Positions 12,256-20,840 of a stretch of 64,000 bases of DNA are shown piece after piece. Origin of the DNA: Candidatus Collierbacteria bacterium RIFOXYD2_FULL_45_13 (lineage in GTDB: Bacteria > Patescibacteriota > Microgenomatia > UBA1400 > MFAQ01); contig MFAS01000001.1 in assembly GCA_001774685.1 (NCBI GenBank), forward strand, positions 801,444 through 865,443, given 5' to 3'. The notes beneath the pieces were generated by a model. That model was not told the origin of the DNA. It made no database searches and saw only the letters and a program-made list of their open reading frames with translations. A program made the position numbers and the translations under genes. How positions within the stretch are numbered: the stretch's first letter is position 1; every line of letters starts with the position of its first letter.

Positions 12256-12543
12256 ATGTCCGAACTCGATCCAATCATTATCAACATTCCCTGTCCCACC
12301 AAAGAAGAGGGGATTAGGCTTTGTACAGAAATGCTCAAACAGGAGCTCTGTGGTACAACCAAGATCCAAGAAGGTGTTCATCTCATGTACGTCGAGGAAG
12401 GTGTTCAAGGATCAGACATTGTTCTTCTTAGTATAAAAACTACCAAAATAAATCTTGAAAAAATTCACGAATTTATCCTCAAAAATCACAGCTGGGGTAC
12501 ACCCTGCATCGAAGTTCTTCCCATGATGGTAGATATGTGCTAA
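12256..12543 (+). CDS. cutA: Divalent-cation tolerance protein CutA-like
   Basis: The 95-aa protein reads IINIPCPTKEEGIRLCTEMLKQELCGTTKIQEGVHLMYVEEG...LLSIKTTKINLEKIHEFILKNHSWGTPCIEVLPM. This follows the CutA1 pattern (CP..E.A..IA..L...LAAC ... S.Y.W.G.I ... KT ... HPYE.P..I.LPI). Confidence 0.55.
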   Translation: MSELDPIIINIPCPTKEEGIRLCTEMLKQELCGTTKIQEGVHLMYVEEGVQGSDIVLLSIKTTKINLEKIHEFILKNHSWGTPCIEVLPMMVDMC

Positions 12544-12689
12544 CAAATTGATGATGAAATAAAATGTTCATAGATAGTATATTCCCTCTGTCATCATCCA
12601 TATTTAGCATACGTATATCAAATCAAATCTCTAGAATATTTATCCTTTCCCCCCTTCACGTAAGTTTTTTACATTGCTACAATATATAA

Positions 12690-13550
12690 ATGACACCAAT
12701 TGTTTTCGCCATTATCACCGCCATCGGTTGGGCAACAGCCGACATCTTTGGTGGTTTAGTTGCCCGCAAAATAGGCGGATATTCATCGGCGATTTTGTCA
12801 TACATTATTAGCATTCTTCTTACTTCTTTTTACATCCCCTTTGCCTGGCACGAACTAAGTGGCATTACACCCACCACTATCGCTTGGTTATTGATCCTCA
12901 CCCCTATCGGGATTGCCCCACTCATTTCGTTATACGAAGGGTTCAAAGTCGGCAACCCCTCGCTTGTCGGTACCATCGCCAGCGCCTTTGGTGGTTTAGT
13001 TGCCATCCTCTCAGTTGTATTCCTTGGAGAAAAATTAAACGTTGCCCAAGTTATTTCAATTTTTGCCATAATACTAGGTCTCATCGTTTCTTCACTCGAC
13101 CTTAAGAACCTCAATACAAAGCAAATATTATCCGACAAAGGCATTCCTTTCGCCCTTGTATCATTACTTGCCTGGGGGATATATTACACTTTTGTTAAGA
13201 TCCCTCTGCAAAACATCGGCTGGTTCTGGCCAACGTATCTATCATATTGGGGATTTCCTTTAGTTTTAATATTCATGAAAATTAAGGGTATCAAATTAGT
13301 CTTGCCCAAAGAGAAAAAGAACATCGTATTCCTGTTAATCAACGGAGTTCTCCTTACAATCGCGCTCTTCGCCATCAACTACGCCCTGACCCTAGGACAA
13401 AGCTCTGTAGTTTCTCCCATCTCTAGCTCCTATCCGGCGCTCTTCGCCATCATCGCCTATTTTGTTTTTAAAGACAGACTTAATAAGCAACAAATTCTCG
13501 GCATTGCCATCACCCTCGCCGGTGTACTTTCCCTTGCCATTACGTCCTAA
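12690..13550 (+). CDS. EamA/DMT-family transporter
   Basis: The 286-aa protein has about 10 predicted transmembrane segments and two EamA-like halves. A TACAATAT box lies just upstream. Confidence 0.7.
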   Translation: MTPIVFAIITAIGWATADIFGGLVARKIGGYSSAILSYIISILLTSFYIPFAWHELSGITPTTIAWLLILTPIGIAPLISLYEGFKVGNPSLVGTIASAFGGLVAILSVVFLGEKLNVAQVISIFAIILGLIVSSLDLKNLNTKQILSDKGIPFALVSLLAWGIYYTFVKIPLQNIGWFWPTYLSYWGFPLVLIFMKIKGIKLVLPKEKKNIVFLLINGVLLTIALFAINYALTLGQSSVVSPISSSYPALFAIIAYFVFKDRLNKQQILGIAITLAGVLSLAITS

Positions 13551-13617
13551 TCCGAGGCTCATAGTACCCCTGTTATAATTCACAGGTATTCTTAACATTC
13601 TCATTCCGGAGGTTTCT

Positions 13618-14007
13618 ATGCCTGAGTTCCTGCTTCGATACAAATTACCAGAAGACCTTGACACGGCCACAGAAGAAGAAGTGTTTGTCAATCGAATGTG
13701 CGAAATGGCTGATCGTATCCAACAAATCATCAGTTCTAACTTTTTTGGTTGGGATGTTTCTTATGAAGTCAGGGAGTTTGGCCACACCAGAGGCATGCCA
13801 GACCTATATGTTACTGCTTGGGTGACGGATAACTCTGATGCATACGCCACCTTCGCAGAAAAAGCCGTCGCAGAGATCCAGGATTTAATGCGAAGCTATG
13901 CCTGGGGAAATCAGAAAGTTGGCTGTTGGTTCCAGCGCGTCAAGGGTAAGTGGAGTGAGGCTCTTGGACGGCGACCGTTTTTGCCTATTACGAGATATTC
14001 TTACTAG
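13618..14007 (+). CDS. Hypothetical acidic protein
   Basis: The ORF has a GGAGG ribosome-binding site and a TATAAT-like box upstream. A bidirectional terminator follows at 14018-14043. No recognisable motif was found. Confidence 0.4.
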   Translation: MPEFLLRYKLPEDLDTATEEEVFVNRMCEMADRIQQIISSNFFGWDVSYEVREFGHTRGMPDLYVTAWVTDNSDAYATFAEKAVAEIQDLMRSYAWGNQKVGCWFQRVKGKWSEALGRRPFLPITRYSY

Positions 14008-14017
14008 AACCCTCAAC

Positions 14018-14043
14018 AAACCCGCCTCAATGGCGGGTTTTTC
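14018..14043. terminator. Bidirectional rho-independent terminator between convergent genes
   Basis: The sequence AAACCCGCC-TCAATG-GGCGGGTTTTT forms a hairpin with U-tracts on both sides. Confidence 0.5.
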
Positions 14044-14044
14044 A

Positions 14045-15013
14045 TTACACCCTAATCAATTTCTCCAGCCACGGCAAATTTTCGTTTTTCCTTTTCCACC
14101 ACAAATCTTCCCAGATATAGTGGACAGCTAGTTGTTTATACTTCCCGTATTTTTCAAAATACTTTAGCAGGTCTGCCACCGCTACCGGGTTCTCCGGATC
14201 TGCCTCAAAAAAAATTTTGGAATAAATTTTCTGCTCCCATGGAGAAATGTGGTTGAAAAAATCCAGGTGATGAAACACATCAAAGAGCAAATACCAGACC
14301 GTAGCCGGGCCAACTCCATAGAGTCTTAGCAGTTCCGTTCTTTGCGGCTCCAAGTCCTTCTTTCTAAGATAATTTTCATCAATCAGACCCGCAGCAAACT
14401 GGTCATCTAACATCTTAATAGATTTCGCCCTGTATCCGACTTTTAAGTCTCTCAGACTTTCAACGCTCGCGTTTTTCAAGTCACCCGGTGCCCAGAAGCA
14501 AAACAATTCTATCCCCTCAAACGAAAGCTTCTTCCCATACTTTTCGATTAACGCTTTAAACATTTGCATCGACCTTCTTACTGTCGCGTTCTGCAGGACT
14601 ATCCCGATAATTAAATATTCATATAAAGAACTGGGGTGTCCGGGTTTCATCCCCCGCCATTTAGTAATGATAGGGGAGAGGGTCACATCTTTTTCAAAAG
14701 TGGCATAGAAATCGGACAAATCGAGCTGCAGATTGTATCTATACTCAATTTCCTTGGTCAAGGATGTGACAAACTCCTCACTCGGCTCAAAATCGGCATA
14801 GACGATAATTTGCAGTCGGGGATTGTCGACCTTTCCCACGTTCACGAACTTTAGGCCTAGATTCCTTCCTTCATGGTTCCACGTTTGCCACCAGGTACCT
14901 GGTTCCCACAGATTATCACCCGTCGTAAAGTGGTCCGGCTTGTGGAAAGTCGAATCAAAATCAAATGGCGCCAGGGGGGTGACGAATACTTCTCTTACCT
15001 TCTTTAATTCCAT
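14045..15013 (-). CDS. HhH-GPD superfamily DNA glycosylase-like protein (AlkA/Ogg-like)
   Basis: The segment IVLQNATVRRSMQMFKALIEKYG resembles the start of an HhH-GPD domain. The helix-hairpin-helix LRLYGVGPATVWYLLFDVF is followed by Asp, and the 322-aa length fits an AlkA/Ogg1-type two-domain glycosylase. Confidence 0.45.
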   Translation of the reverse strand: MELKKVREVFVTPLAPFDFDSTFHKPDHFTTGDNLWEPGTWWQTWNHEGRNLGLKFVNVGKVDNPRLQIIVYADFEPSEEFVTSLTKEIEYRYNLQLDLSDFYATFEKDVTLSPIITKWRGMKPGHPSSLYEYLIIGIVLQNATVRRSMQMFKALIEKYGKKLSFEGIELFCFWAPGDLKNASVESLRDLKVGYRAKSIKMLDDQFAAGLIDENYLRKKDLEPQRTELLRLYGVGPATVWYLLFDVFHHLDFFNHISPWEQKIYSKIFFEADPENPVAVADLLKYFEKYGKYKQLAVHYIWEDLWWKRKNENLPWLEKLIRV

Positions 15014-15049
15014 AGAGTTACCCTAACATATCCCGAAACAGGAGTCAAT

Positions 15050-15931
15050 CTATACTCTCACCCCTTTCGATTGGTTCTTAAGTTCCAACGCAGCATAAAA
15101 GCTGGAATCCAGCGAGATCCAGTTTTTTAGGTTATTTTTTATGTCTTCTACTAAACAGTCCAAGTCTCTTAACGTATCCAATAAATACAGGCGTTTATCA
15201 GATCTCCCAACTATCAGCCCCATCTCTTCCGTATCGTGATCCATAACATAGTCCGTAAGTAGTTTCTTTCCCTCTGGTGTTAATAGAAAAGTAGTTTTTT
15301 TGTCTACCATATCAGTAAGTGATCTGCCTATTGCCACAGGATCGGAACTATTATCAATCCACACAAACCCCAAACGAAAGGCAAACCCTTCTGCAGAGGC
15401 CATAGATTTGTACGGAAAGAACAACTTTGATGTTTCTGGGACCAATTCATGCAAGTACGAGAGCGACAACAGCCTAAGGGTTTGCCCGTTGCCATCGGAA
15501 TACGGGTGAATTAACATCCCCAGAGTGTTCATTACGGCAATGAATCTGAAAGTTGCAGCTTCAATTTTATCCTCTGGACAACTTCGTAGCTCGTAATAAA
15601 GTTCATCCATCAGTTGAAAATACTGATCGGTGCGTTCAGCCACCATTTCTTTACCGACATATTCAAACTCTACTACTTTGTCTCCAAAACGCACCTGAGA
15701 TTTTTCCCTGTATGCTCGAACCTCATCGGGTGCTTGACCAACAAGTTTTGAATAACCCTTATAAATCTGATTCCTTATCTGAGATACTCTGACTTCAAAA
15801 GCCAGGCCAAAAGTTACTTCGTGCGTTTCCTCCCATTCCCTCTGATTCTTAACTCTATTAATTCTGACTTGGGGCAGATCAAGGCTCTCGGAAGTCAGCT
15901 CTCCTTCGATACTCATACCAAATTCTATCAT
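15050..15931 (-). CDS. Fic/Doc (Fido)-domain protein
   Basis: The Fic motif HPYSDGNGQTLRLL corresponds to HxFx(D/E)GNGRxxR with the first Arg replaced by Gln. The gene lies 37 bp upstream of the glycosylase-like gene on the same strand. Confidence 0.75.
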   Translation of the reverse strand: MIEFGMSIEGELTSESLDLPQVRINRVKNQREWEETHEVTFGLAFEVRVSQIRNQIYKGYSKLVGQAPDEVRAYREKSQVRFGDKVVEFEYVGKEMVAERTDQYFQLMDELYYELRSCPEDKIEAATFRFIAVMNTLGMLIHPYSDGNGQTLRLLSLSYLHELVPETSKLFFPYKSMASAEGFAFRLGFVWIDNSSDPVAIGRSLTDMVDKKTTFLLTPEGKKLLTDYVMDHDTEEMGLIVGRSDKRLYLLDTLRDLDCLVEDIKNNLKNWISLDSSFYAALELKNQSKGVRV

Positions 15932-16030
15932 CTATACTCTAGCAAAGACCGAGCCTGTCTTTTGGATATCCTTTATAGTTGACACAACCCATAACGTGTC
16001 ATATACTCGACGAATATCCTTGTACTTTAA

Positions 16031-16798
16031 ATGGAGGTTATTGTGACGCATAAGTACACCTTTTTGGCCCCGAATATCAAAGTATCCTTGATGTTTGCCG
16101 ACCTGTTCGTGGTCGCATACGATCAACCGGAGATTATGGTCGAGGCCGTAGGTGATGACTATGTTTGTAGTCATCTGATTTCCAAAATTGTCGATCAAAC
16201 TCTCACCGTTTCCTTTCCTGTCCCTCTACTAAACGGTCGGTACACTTCAACCGGGAGTCCACAGCAGATCAACGGCACTCTTTGTGTAGACTTCGAACCA
16301 GTTGATCTTTCGCGCAAGATTCAGGTGGTCATACACATTCCCGGCAACACTAACCTGGATGTCAAAAAACTAATAGGGAACTCGCACATCGGAAACTTTC
16401 AAGGCGACCTCACCCTCCAAGGTTTCATGGGGTTCGAGAACTTCACCGGTGCTGTCGGAAACTGCGAGATCGGCGCTTCATCCAGTTTTAAAGCAAGTGT
16501 TGAAAGGGTTGTCGGAAACTTAATGGTGAATGGATCCAGCAGCGCCAAGGTGCAAATTGGCGAGGTGTCAAGTCCTTCTATCAAACTGGATCTCTCTTCG
16601 CACGCCCACGTTTCAATTTCCGGCGGTATTGCCATCTCGACGAAAGTCTCGGGCTCATCGGGGGCGACGGCCAGTCTTGATATAGCCTCAGAAATTGCAG
16701 ACCTATCGGGCTCCAGTGGAGCAAACATACATCTAAGACACTGCATCAAGCCACCCCGTATCAGTAAAAGCAGTGGTGCCTCAGTCAGTGTCGGTTAA
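16031..16798 (+). CDS. Beta-helix repeat protein, DUF2807/DUF4097-like (putative adhesin head-domain repeats)
   Basis: The protein has periodic G-(N/S)-x-x-(I/V)-x-x short beta-strand repeats (GNSHIGNFQGDLTLQ, GNCEIGASSS, GNLMVNGSSSAKVQIGEV, SGSSGATASLDIAS, SGSSGANIHL, SSGASVSVG). No signal peptide is obvious. Confidence 0.4.
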   Translation: MEVIVTHKYTFLAPNIKVSLMFADLFVVAYDQPEIMVEAVGDDYVCSHLISKIVDQTLTVSFPVPLLNGRYTSTGSPQQINGTLCVDFEPVDLSRKIQVVIHIPGNTNLDVKKLIGNSHIGNFQGDLTLQGFMGFENFTGAVGNCEIGASSSFKASVERVVGNLMVNGSSSAKVQIGEVSSPSIKLDLSSHAHVSISGGIAISTKVSGSSGATASLDIASEIADLSGSSGANIHLRHCIKPPRISKSSGASVSVG

Positions 16799-17821
16799 TA
16801 TTTCTCTTCACCCGTCCTTAGTGGCGGGTTTTTCACATCGTGAAAAAAAACAAGGGACAGACAGGTAGGGGAGAGGGGAAAGAAAAGCAAAATGTCTAAG
16901 ATAACCCATAATGTATAGACCGGCAAAACCTGGTTACCTATCTAAAAAAAATTTAATAAATATGATTATATAAATGGGTGAAGATCTTCTTTATCAATAT
17001 TTTAATAAAAATATCTCGGCTCAAAAATATTCAAAAATTATTAAAGATTTTTAAATAGGAAACATAGATAAAATTGTTTGTAATCATGTCGCAAGATTCC
17101 ATAAAAACCCACCTCTAAGCCTGCAAAAATCGGGCTCGTAGAATGCCCCTAAAACGGCTTCTGGAACTTTTTATGGCTAGTTAATCATTGACCAAATACC
17201 TTGATATATCCACCCAAAGCTAAAATCGAGATAATTGCGGAAAAACTTTCGGGTTTATCTACAATTAGGCACAATCTGAGGCTATTAGGCTCGAATACGA
17301 AAGAATTGGCCACAGACAAAGACCGGAGAACAGATTTACTGCAAGTTTCGGGATTATCTACAAATAATCACGGAACATAATAGATACTACTCCGGTGCCT
17401 GCCTTATCGAGATACGTCGCAAAAGTGTTATTGTGCGACGTATTAGAAATCATTCTTCTCTGTCTCCATGTTTTGGATAAATAGGGAACTATAGAATAGT
17501 GTCCGCATTCTTTCATCCCCTCGTTACACTAACTCCAACTCATCGTCGCCGGCAAATTCTAATAAAATATTATTATTCGCTTCCTCGTCGGTCTTATCTC
17601 GCCCGCCTTACGCGCCGTACCAAACAACCATATCAATCCCTATCACCTGGCAGTTATCCACAAACGGTGCCAATTTTCGTGAAAACTATGGGGTTTCGTG
17701 AAAACTATTATAGGCCCCATAACGTTATGGGTTTATTATAGGTCTCATAGTTATAGGCCCTCTCCCCTTCCAACCCGTCCCCGTATTTTTTTTGAGTTCT
17801 TGAATTTTTGAGTTTTTTTAT

Positions 17822-18673
17822 TTATCCCACCCAAGAAGTTGTTAGGAATCCAATAATAAAAATAATAATAACTGTCACCCCATACTCCAACAGACTCTCC
17901 AGATATACCCGGCTGGACAATCTCTGCTCTAAAATTCCCAACAGAGCATACAGAATCGACGTAAGCATTAAACCACCCATAAATGGCTTTACCGGCCAAA
18001 AAGATAAGGCCATTCCGCAGATTGCAATGACCCAGCTTACTACCAAAGAGTACCGCCCGGCATCATGAAGAATATCTCCCTTAAGGTCCACGCTCCAAAA
18101 ACTGGGGAAAGATAAAATCACTGAAACTATAAAAACCATCGGTGCGACCCACCAGAAAGGCAATTTCAGGCTTAAAGCTACCGTATAGAAAAATAACGAA
18201 GCTACGAGCGTCAGAATAAAGTTTACCGATCTGGCTGCCCGAAAAAGCTGGATGGTTCTAATCGAAGCTACCGAAAAAATATTCTCAATTAGTAGGATTC
18301 CATACATAGCCAAAGCATAGAAGACAAAATACAAGATTCTAAAAAGTCCAGCTAAGAGCATCGATGTTTCCAACTGGAAAGCTCTGCCAAACATACTAGG
18401 AACAGCCGTTGGCAAAAAATTGGCAAACAAGCCACTACCCAAAGTAAACATCACCGGCAATACCATCAACGTGAGCCATTCAATGCCCTTCAAATCGTCA
18501 AACAACACCCACACCGATAATACATAGGAAACCGCCGAAACTACGAGGTATAGTCCAAAACGGTAATCAACAGGCGCCGTGGTCGTTAGCCACAGTGCCA
18601 CCGAAATGATGCCACTGATAAATATAAATCTTGATCTTTTAGACATATTATGCCAAGTTACTCCACACATCAA
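17822..18673 (-). CDS. Polytopic membrane protein, hypothetical
   Basis: The 283-aa protein has about 8 predicted transmembrane segments. No motif was recognised. Confidence 0.45.
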   Translation of the reverse strand: MMCGVTWHNMSKRSRFIFISGIISVALWLTTTAPVDYRFGLYLVVSAVSYVLSVWVLFDDLKGIEWLTLMVLPVMFTLGSGLFANFLPTAVPSMFGRAFQLETSMLLAGLFRILYFVFYALAMYGILLIENIFSVASIRTIQLFRAARSVNFILTLVASLFFYTVALSLKLPFWWVAPMVFIVSVILSFPSFWSVDLKGDILHDAGRYSLVVSWVIAICGMALSFWPVKPFMGGLMLTSILYALLGILEQRLSSRVYLESLLEYGVTVIIIFIIGFLTTSWVG

Positions 18674-19172
18674 CTACGTCGTCTAAATCAGATAGCAAGT
18701 CGGTAAGTTCCGTAAGTTGACGCTTATCAATGTCGGACACCATGACTGTCGGAACAGGAATGATAGACTTCATATACGATACAGATCCCGGTCCGCCCAG
18801 CTTAGCTCCATGCTTATCTAAGATATTCTTAACTTCACCTGCTGTCCTATTCCTATTATCGGTCACAGCCGTGATTAAGATACCTACACCAAACGGTCCG
18901 TATGCCTCATATGTTATTTCTTCAGCAGCGGCTCCCCCACCTACCCCCGAAGCTTTTTCGACCGCTCTTTTGATATTCTCCATTGGCATGTTTACCGACC
19001 GGGCTTCTTCCACGCAGGCTCTGAGATAAGGATTGGCTTCGATGTCACCAGAGCAACCTTTTTTTACGGCTATATGGATCTTTTTAGCTATTTTAGTAAA
19101 CACAGAACTTCTCTTGTTATCCTCAATCGCCTTCTGATGTTTTATGGTTGACCACTTGGAGTGACCGGACAT
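18648..19172 (-). CDS. yebC: YebC/PmpR-family DNA-binding regulator (start trimmed to MSGHSKW)
   Basis: The protein starts MSGHSKWSTIKHQKAIEDNKRSSVFTKIAKKIHIAVKKG, the canonical YebC/TACO1 N-terminus. At about 175 aa it is shorter than typical family members. Confidence 0.8.
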   Translation of the reverse strand: MSGHSKWSTIKHQKAIEDNKRSSVFTKIAKKIHIAVKKGCSGDIEANPYLRACVEEARSVNMPMENIKRAVEKASGVGGGAAAEEITYEAYGPFGVGILITAVTDNRNRTAGEVKNILDKHGAKLGGPGSVSYMKSIIPVPTVMVSDIDKRQLTELTDLLSDLDDVVDVWSNLA

Positions 19173-19246
19173 AGTTTGAATTCTATCAGGAGCCAAGACC
19201 CAAAACAACTTGACAGGCAGTTAAATCATCTATATCATTTCTCAGC

Positions 19247-19951
19247 ATGAACAATGACAACATAAACGATTTACAGCAAGAGTCGATTAAATCCGCCATC
19301 GCCAAAAAATGGAGTGAGGCCATCTCACTTAACGAAAAGATTCTTGAATTAACCCCTGATGATCTACCCACCCTCAATCGTTTAGGAATCGCCTTTTCTA
19401 TGAATGGCGAAAACAAAAAGGCTATTGCGAGTTTTGGCCAGGTTTTGGCCATTGATCCACATAACCAAATTGCCAAAAACAATCTAACCAGACTCAAAGC
19501 AAACAAAAAACAAGGCTTGGCCAATCCATTCTTTCAAACCGTAAGTTTTATTGAAGAACCCGGAAAGTCTAAGGTCGTCCCACTTGTTAGCCAAGGAGAA
19601 CCCAAAGTGTTTTCGACTTTAAATATCGGAGAGCCCGTGGAGCTATCACTTTCCAAACACAAAGTAAAAGTCACCAGAGGAAAAGACTTTATTGGCTACC
19701 TGCCCGACAATCTATCCCACCGCTTGGTTAAACTTATCGGTGCCGGGTACAAATACAAAACCATCATGAAATCCGTCAATGCCAAAAATCCTCAGGTGTT
19801 TATTTTGGAAGCCAAATCATCCAAGCGTTTAAGAGGCATCCCCTCCTTTCCCCTTGATGACAAAGAACACTTACCGTCTCTTTCGGCTGGAGAGTCGAGT
19901 GAGACCCCACCACTGGAAATCTATGATCCGTTACTGGGAGACGAAGCCTGA
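19247..19951 (+). CDS. TPR-repeat protein
   Basis: TPR-like helices are present (AIAKKWSEAISLNEKILELTPDDLPTLNRLGIAFSMNGENKKAIASFGQVLAIDPHNQIAKNNL). Confidence 0.5.
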   Translation: MNNDNINDLQQESIKSAIAKKWSEAISLNEKILELTPDDLPTLNRLGIAFSMNGENKKAIASFGQVLAIDPHNQIAKNNLTRLKANKKQGLANPFFQTVSFIEEPGKSKVVPLVSQGEPKVFSTLNIGEPVELSLSKHKVKVTRGKDFIGYLPDNLSHRLVKLIGAGYKYKTIMKSVNAKNPQVFILEAKSSKRLRGIPSFPLDDKEHLPSLSAGESSETPPLEIYDPLLGDEA

Positions 19952-19958
19952 GAAACCC

Positions 19959-20840
19959 TCATTTTAACCAGATATCTATTCCCTTCTTATTTAGCTCCTT
20001 CACCGAACGGCGCTTTTCACAATTCATCTGTCTCAACAAAAAATTTTCAGTAATCGGATAGTTCCCGTGAGAAACAAAAATACATCCGGAACCCTCAACA
20101 TCTTCACCTGGATCGGTTTTAACCTCCACCACCCTGATACCGGCTGACTCAAGCTGCTTGGAGACCGAAATACCGAGACCGGCAAGACCGGATAAATTAT
20201 TTATCGAGGCGTCTACGTTTTCATTCAAAATAGTCTCTAGTAAAAATTTATTTTTTGTCCACAAAGCAGTCACATTATTAAAAACCAAAAACTCTTTTCC
20301 GTCCGGCTCGGTTATTTTATCCAACACGTTGCCTGGAATTTCCATTTCTAGTATTTTCTTTGAATCAACCGCATCCGACAAATATTTTCTAATTAAAAAT
20401 CTGTCTCTAAAGCTTAAGTCTGTTTTCAAATTAACCTTATGTAGGCTTCCCAAAACCGTTTCAACAGAAGGAGTTCCGTCTACTTTAATCGCTCTTGAAA
20501 TGACCACCCCCATCGATAACCCCAACGATCTCTCAATAATTTCAATCGGTCGTCTTTCGGCAACACCATAATCCCAAAGAGAGACAATCGGATATTGAGC
20601 CAAGGAATTGTAGATCTTGATCTTTAGTTTATCTGGGAAATCAACCCACCCCACAATGTCCTCGTCCGGCCGCAAAACCAACAAGGAACAGCCGGTATCC
20701 CCCACTACTACCAAATTAATTCCGGACTGACTGGATAAAATTCCTTCTTTATAAACTCTAAAACCGATCATAAATACCAGTATCGTTAGAAAGAATAACC
20801 CGATCGACCTAAATGGCCTGCCCTTAATATTCACCTTCAT
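19959..20840 (-). CDS. Membrane-anchored LCP (LytR-CpsA-Psr)-like protein; assignment tentative
   Basis: An N-terminal transmembrane segment is followed by INLVVVGDTG...LLVLRPDEDIVGWVDFPDKL, which resembles the LCP-domain start (NILLIGSDSR...SLLSIPRD). Confidence 0.3.
   Translation of the reverse strand: MKVNIKGRPFRSIGLFFLTILVFMIGFRVYKEGILSSQSGINLVVVGDTGCSLLVLRPDEDIVGWVDFPDKLKIKIYNSLAQYPIVSLWDYGVAERRPIEIIERSLGLSMGVVISRAIKVDGTPSVETVLGSLHKVNLKTDLSFRDRFLIRKYLSDAVDSKKILEMEIPGNVLDKITEPDGKEFLVFNNVTALWTKNKFLLETILNENVDASINNLSGLAGLGISVSKQLESAGIRVVEVKTDPGEDVEGSGCIFVSHGNYPITENFLLRQMNCEKRRSVKELNKKGIDIWLK

Noticed and set aside
10701-17439. Identical 12-mer TTATTGTGCGAC occurs just upstream of the Xer recombinase gene (10701-10712) and again at 17428-17439. 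This suggested att-site direct repeats bracketing a 6.7-kb element.
   Set aside because: With about 2x10^9 position pairs in a 64-kb window and 4^12 possible 12-mers, more than 100 such exact 12-mer coincidences are expected by chance. No longer flanking identity was seen.
17411-17442. Perfect 10-bp inverted repeat ATACGTCGCA-N12-TGCGACGTAT, and a 16-bp palindrome CCCATAACGTTATGGG at 17714-17729.
   Set aside because: Palindromes of this size are expected about once per 64 kb by chance. They are recorded only as part of the repeat-rich gap, not as stand-alone features.
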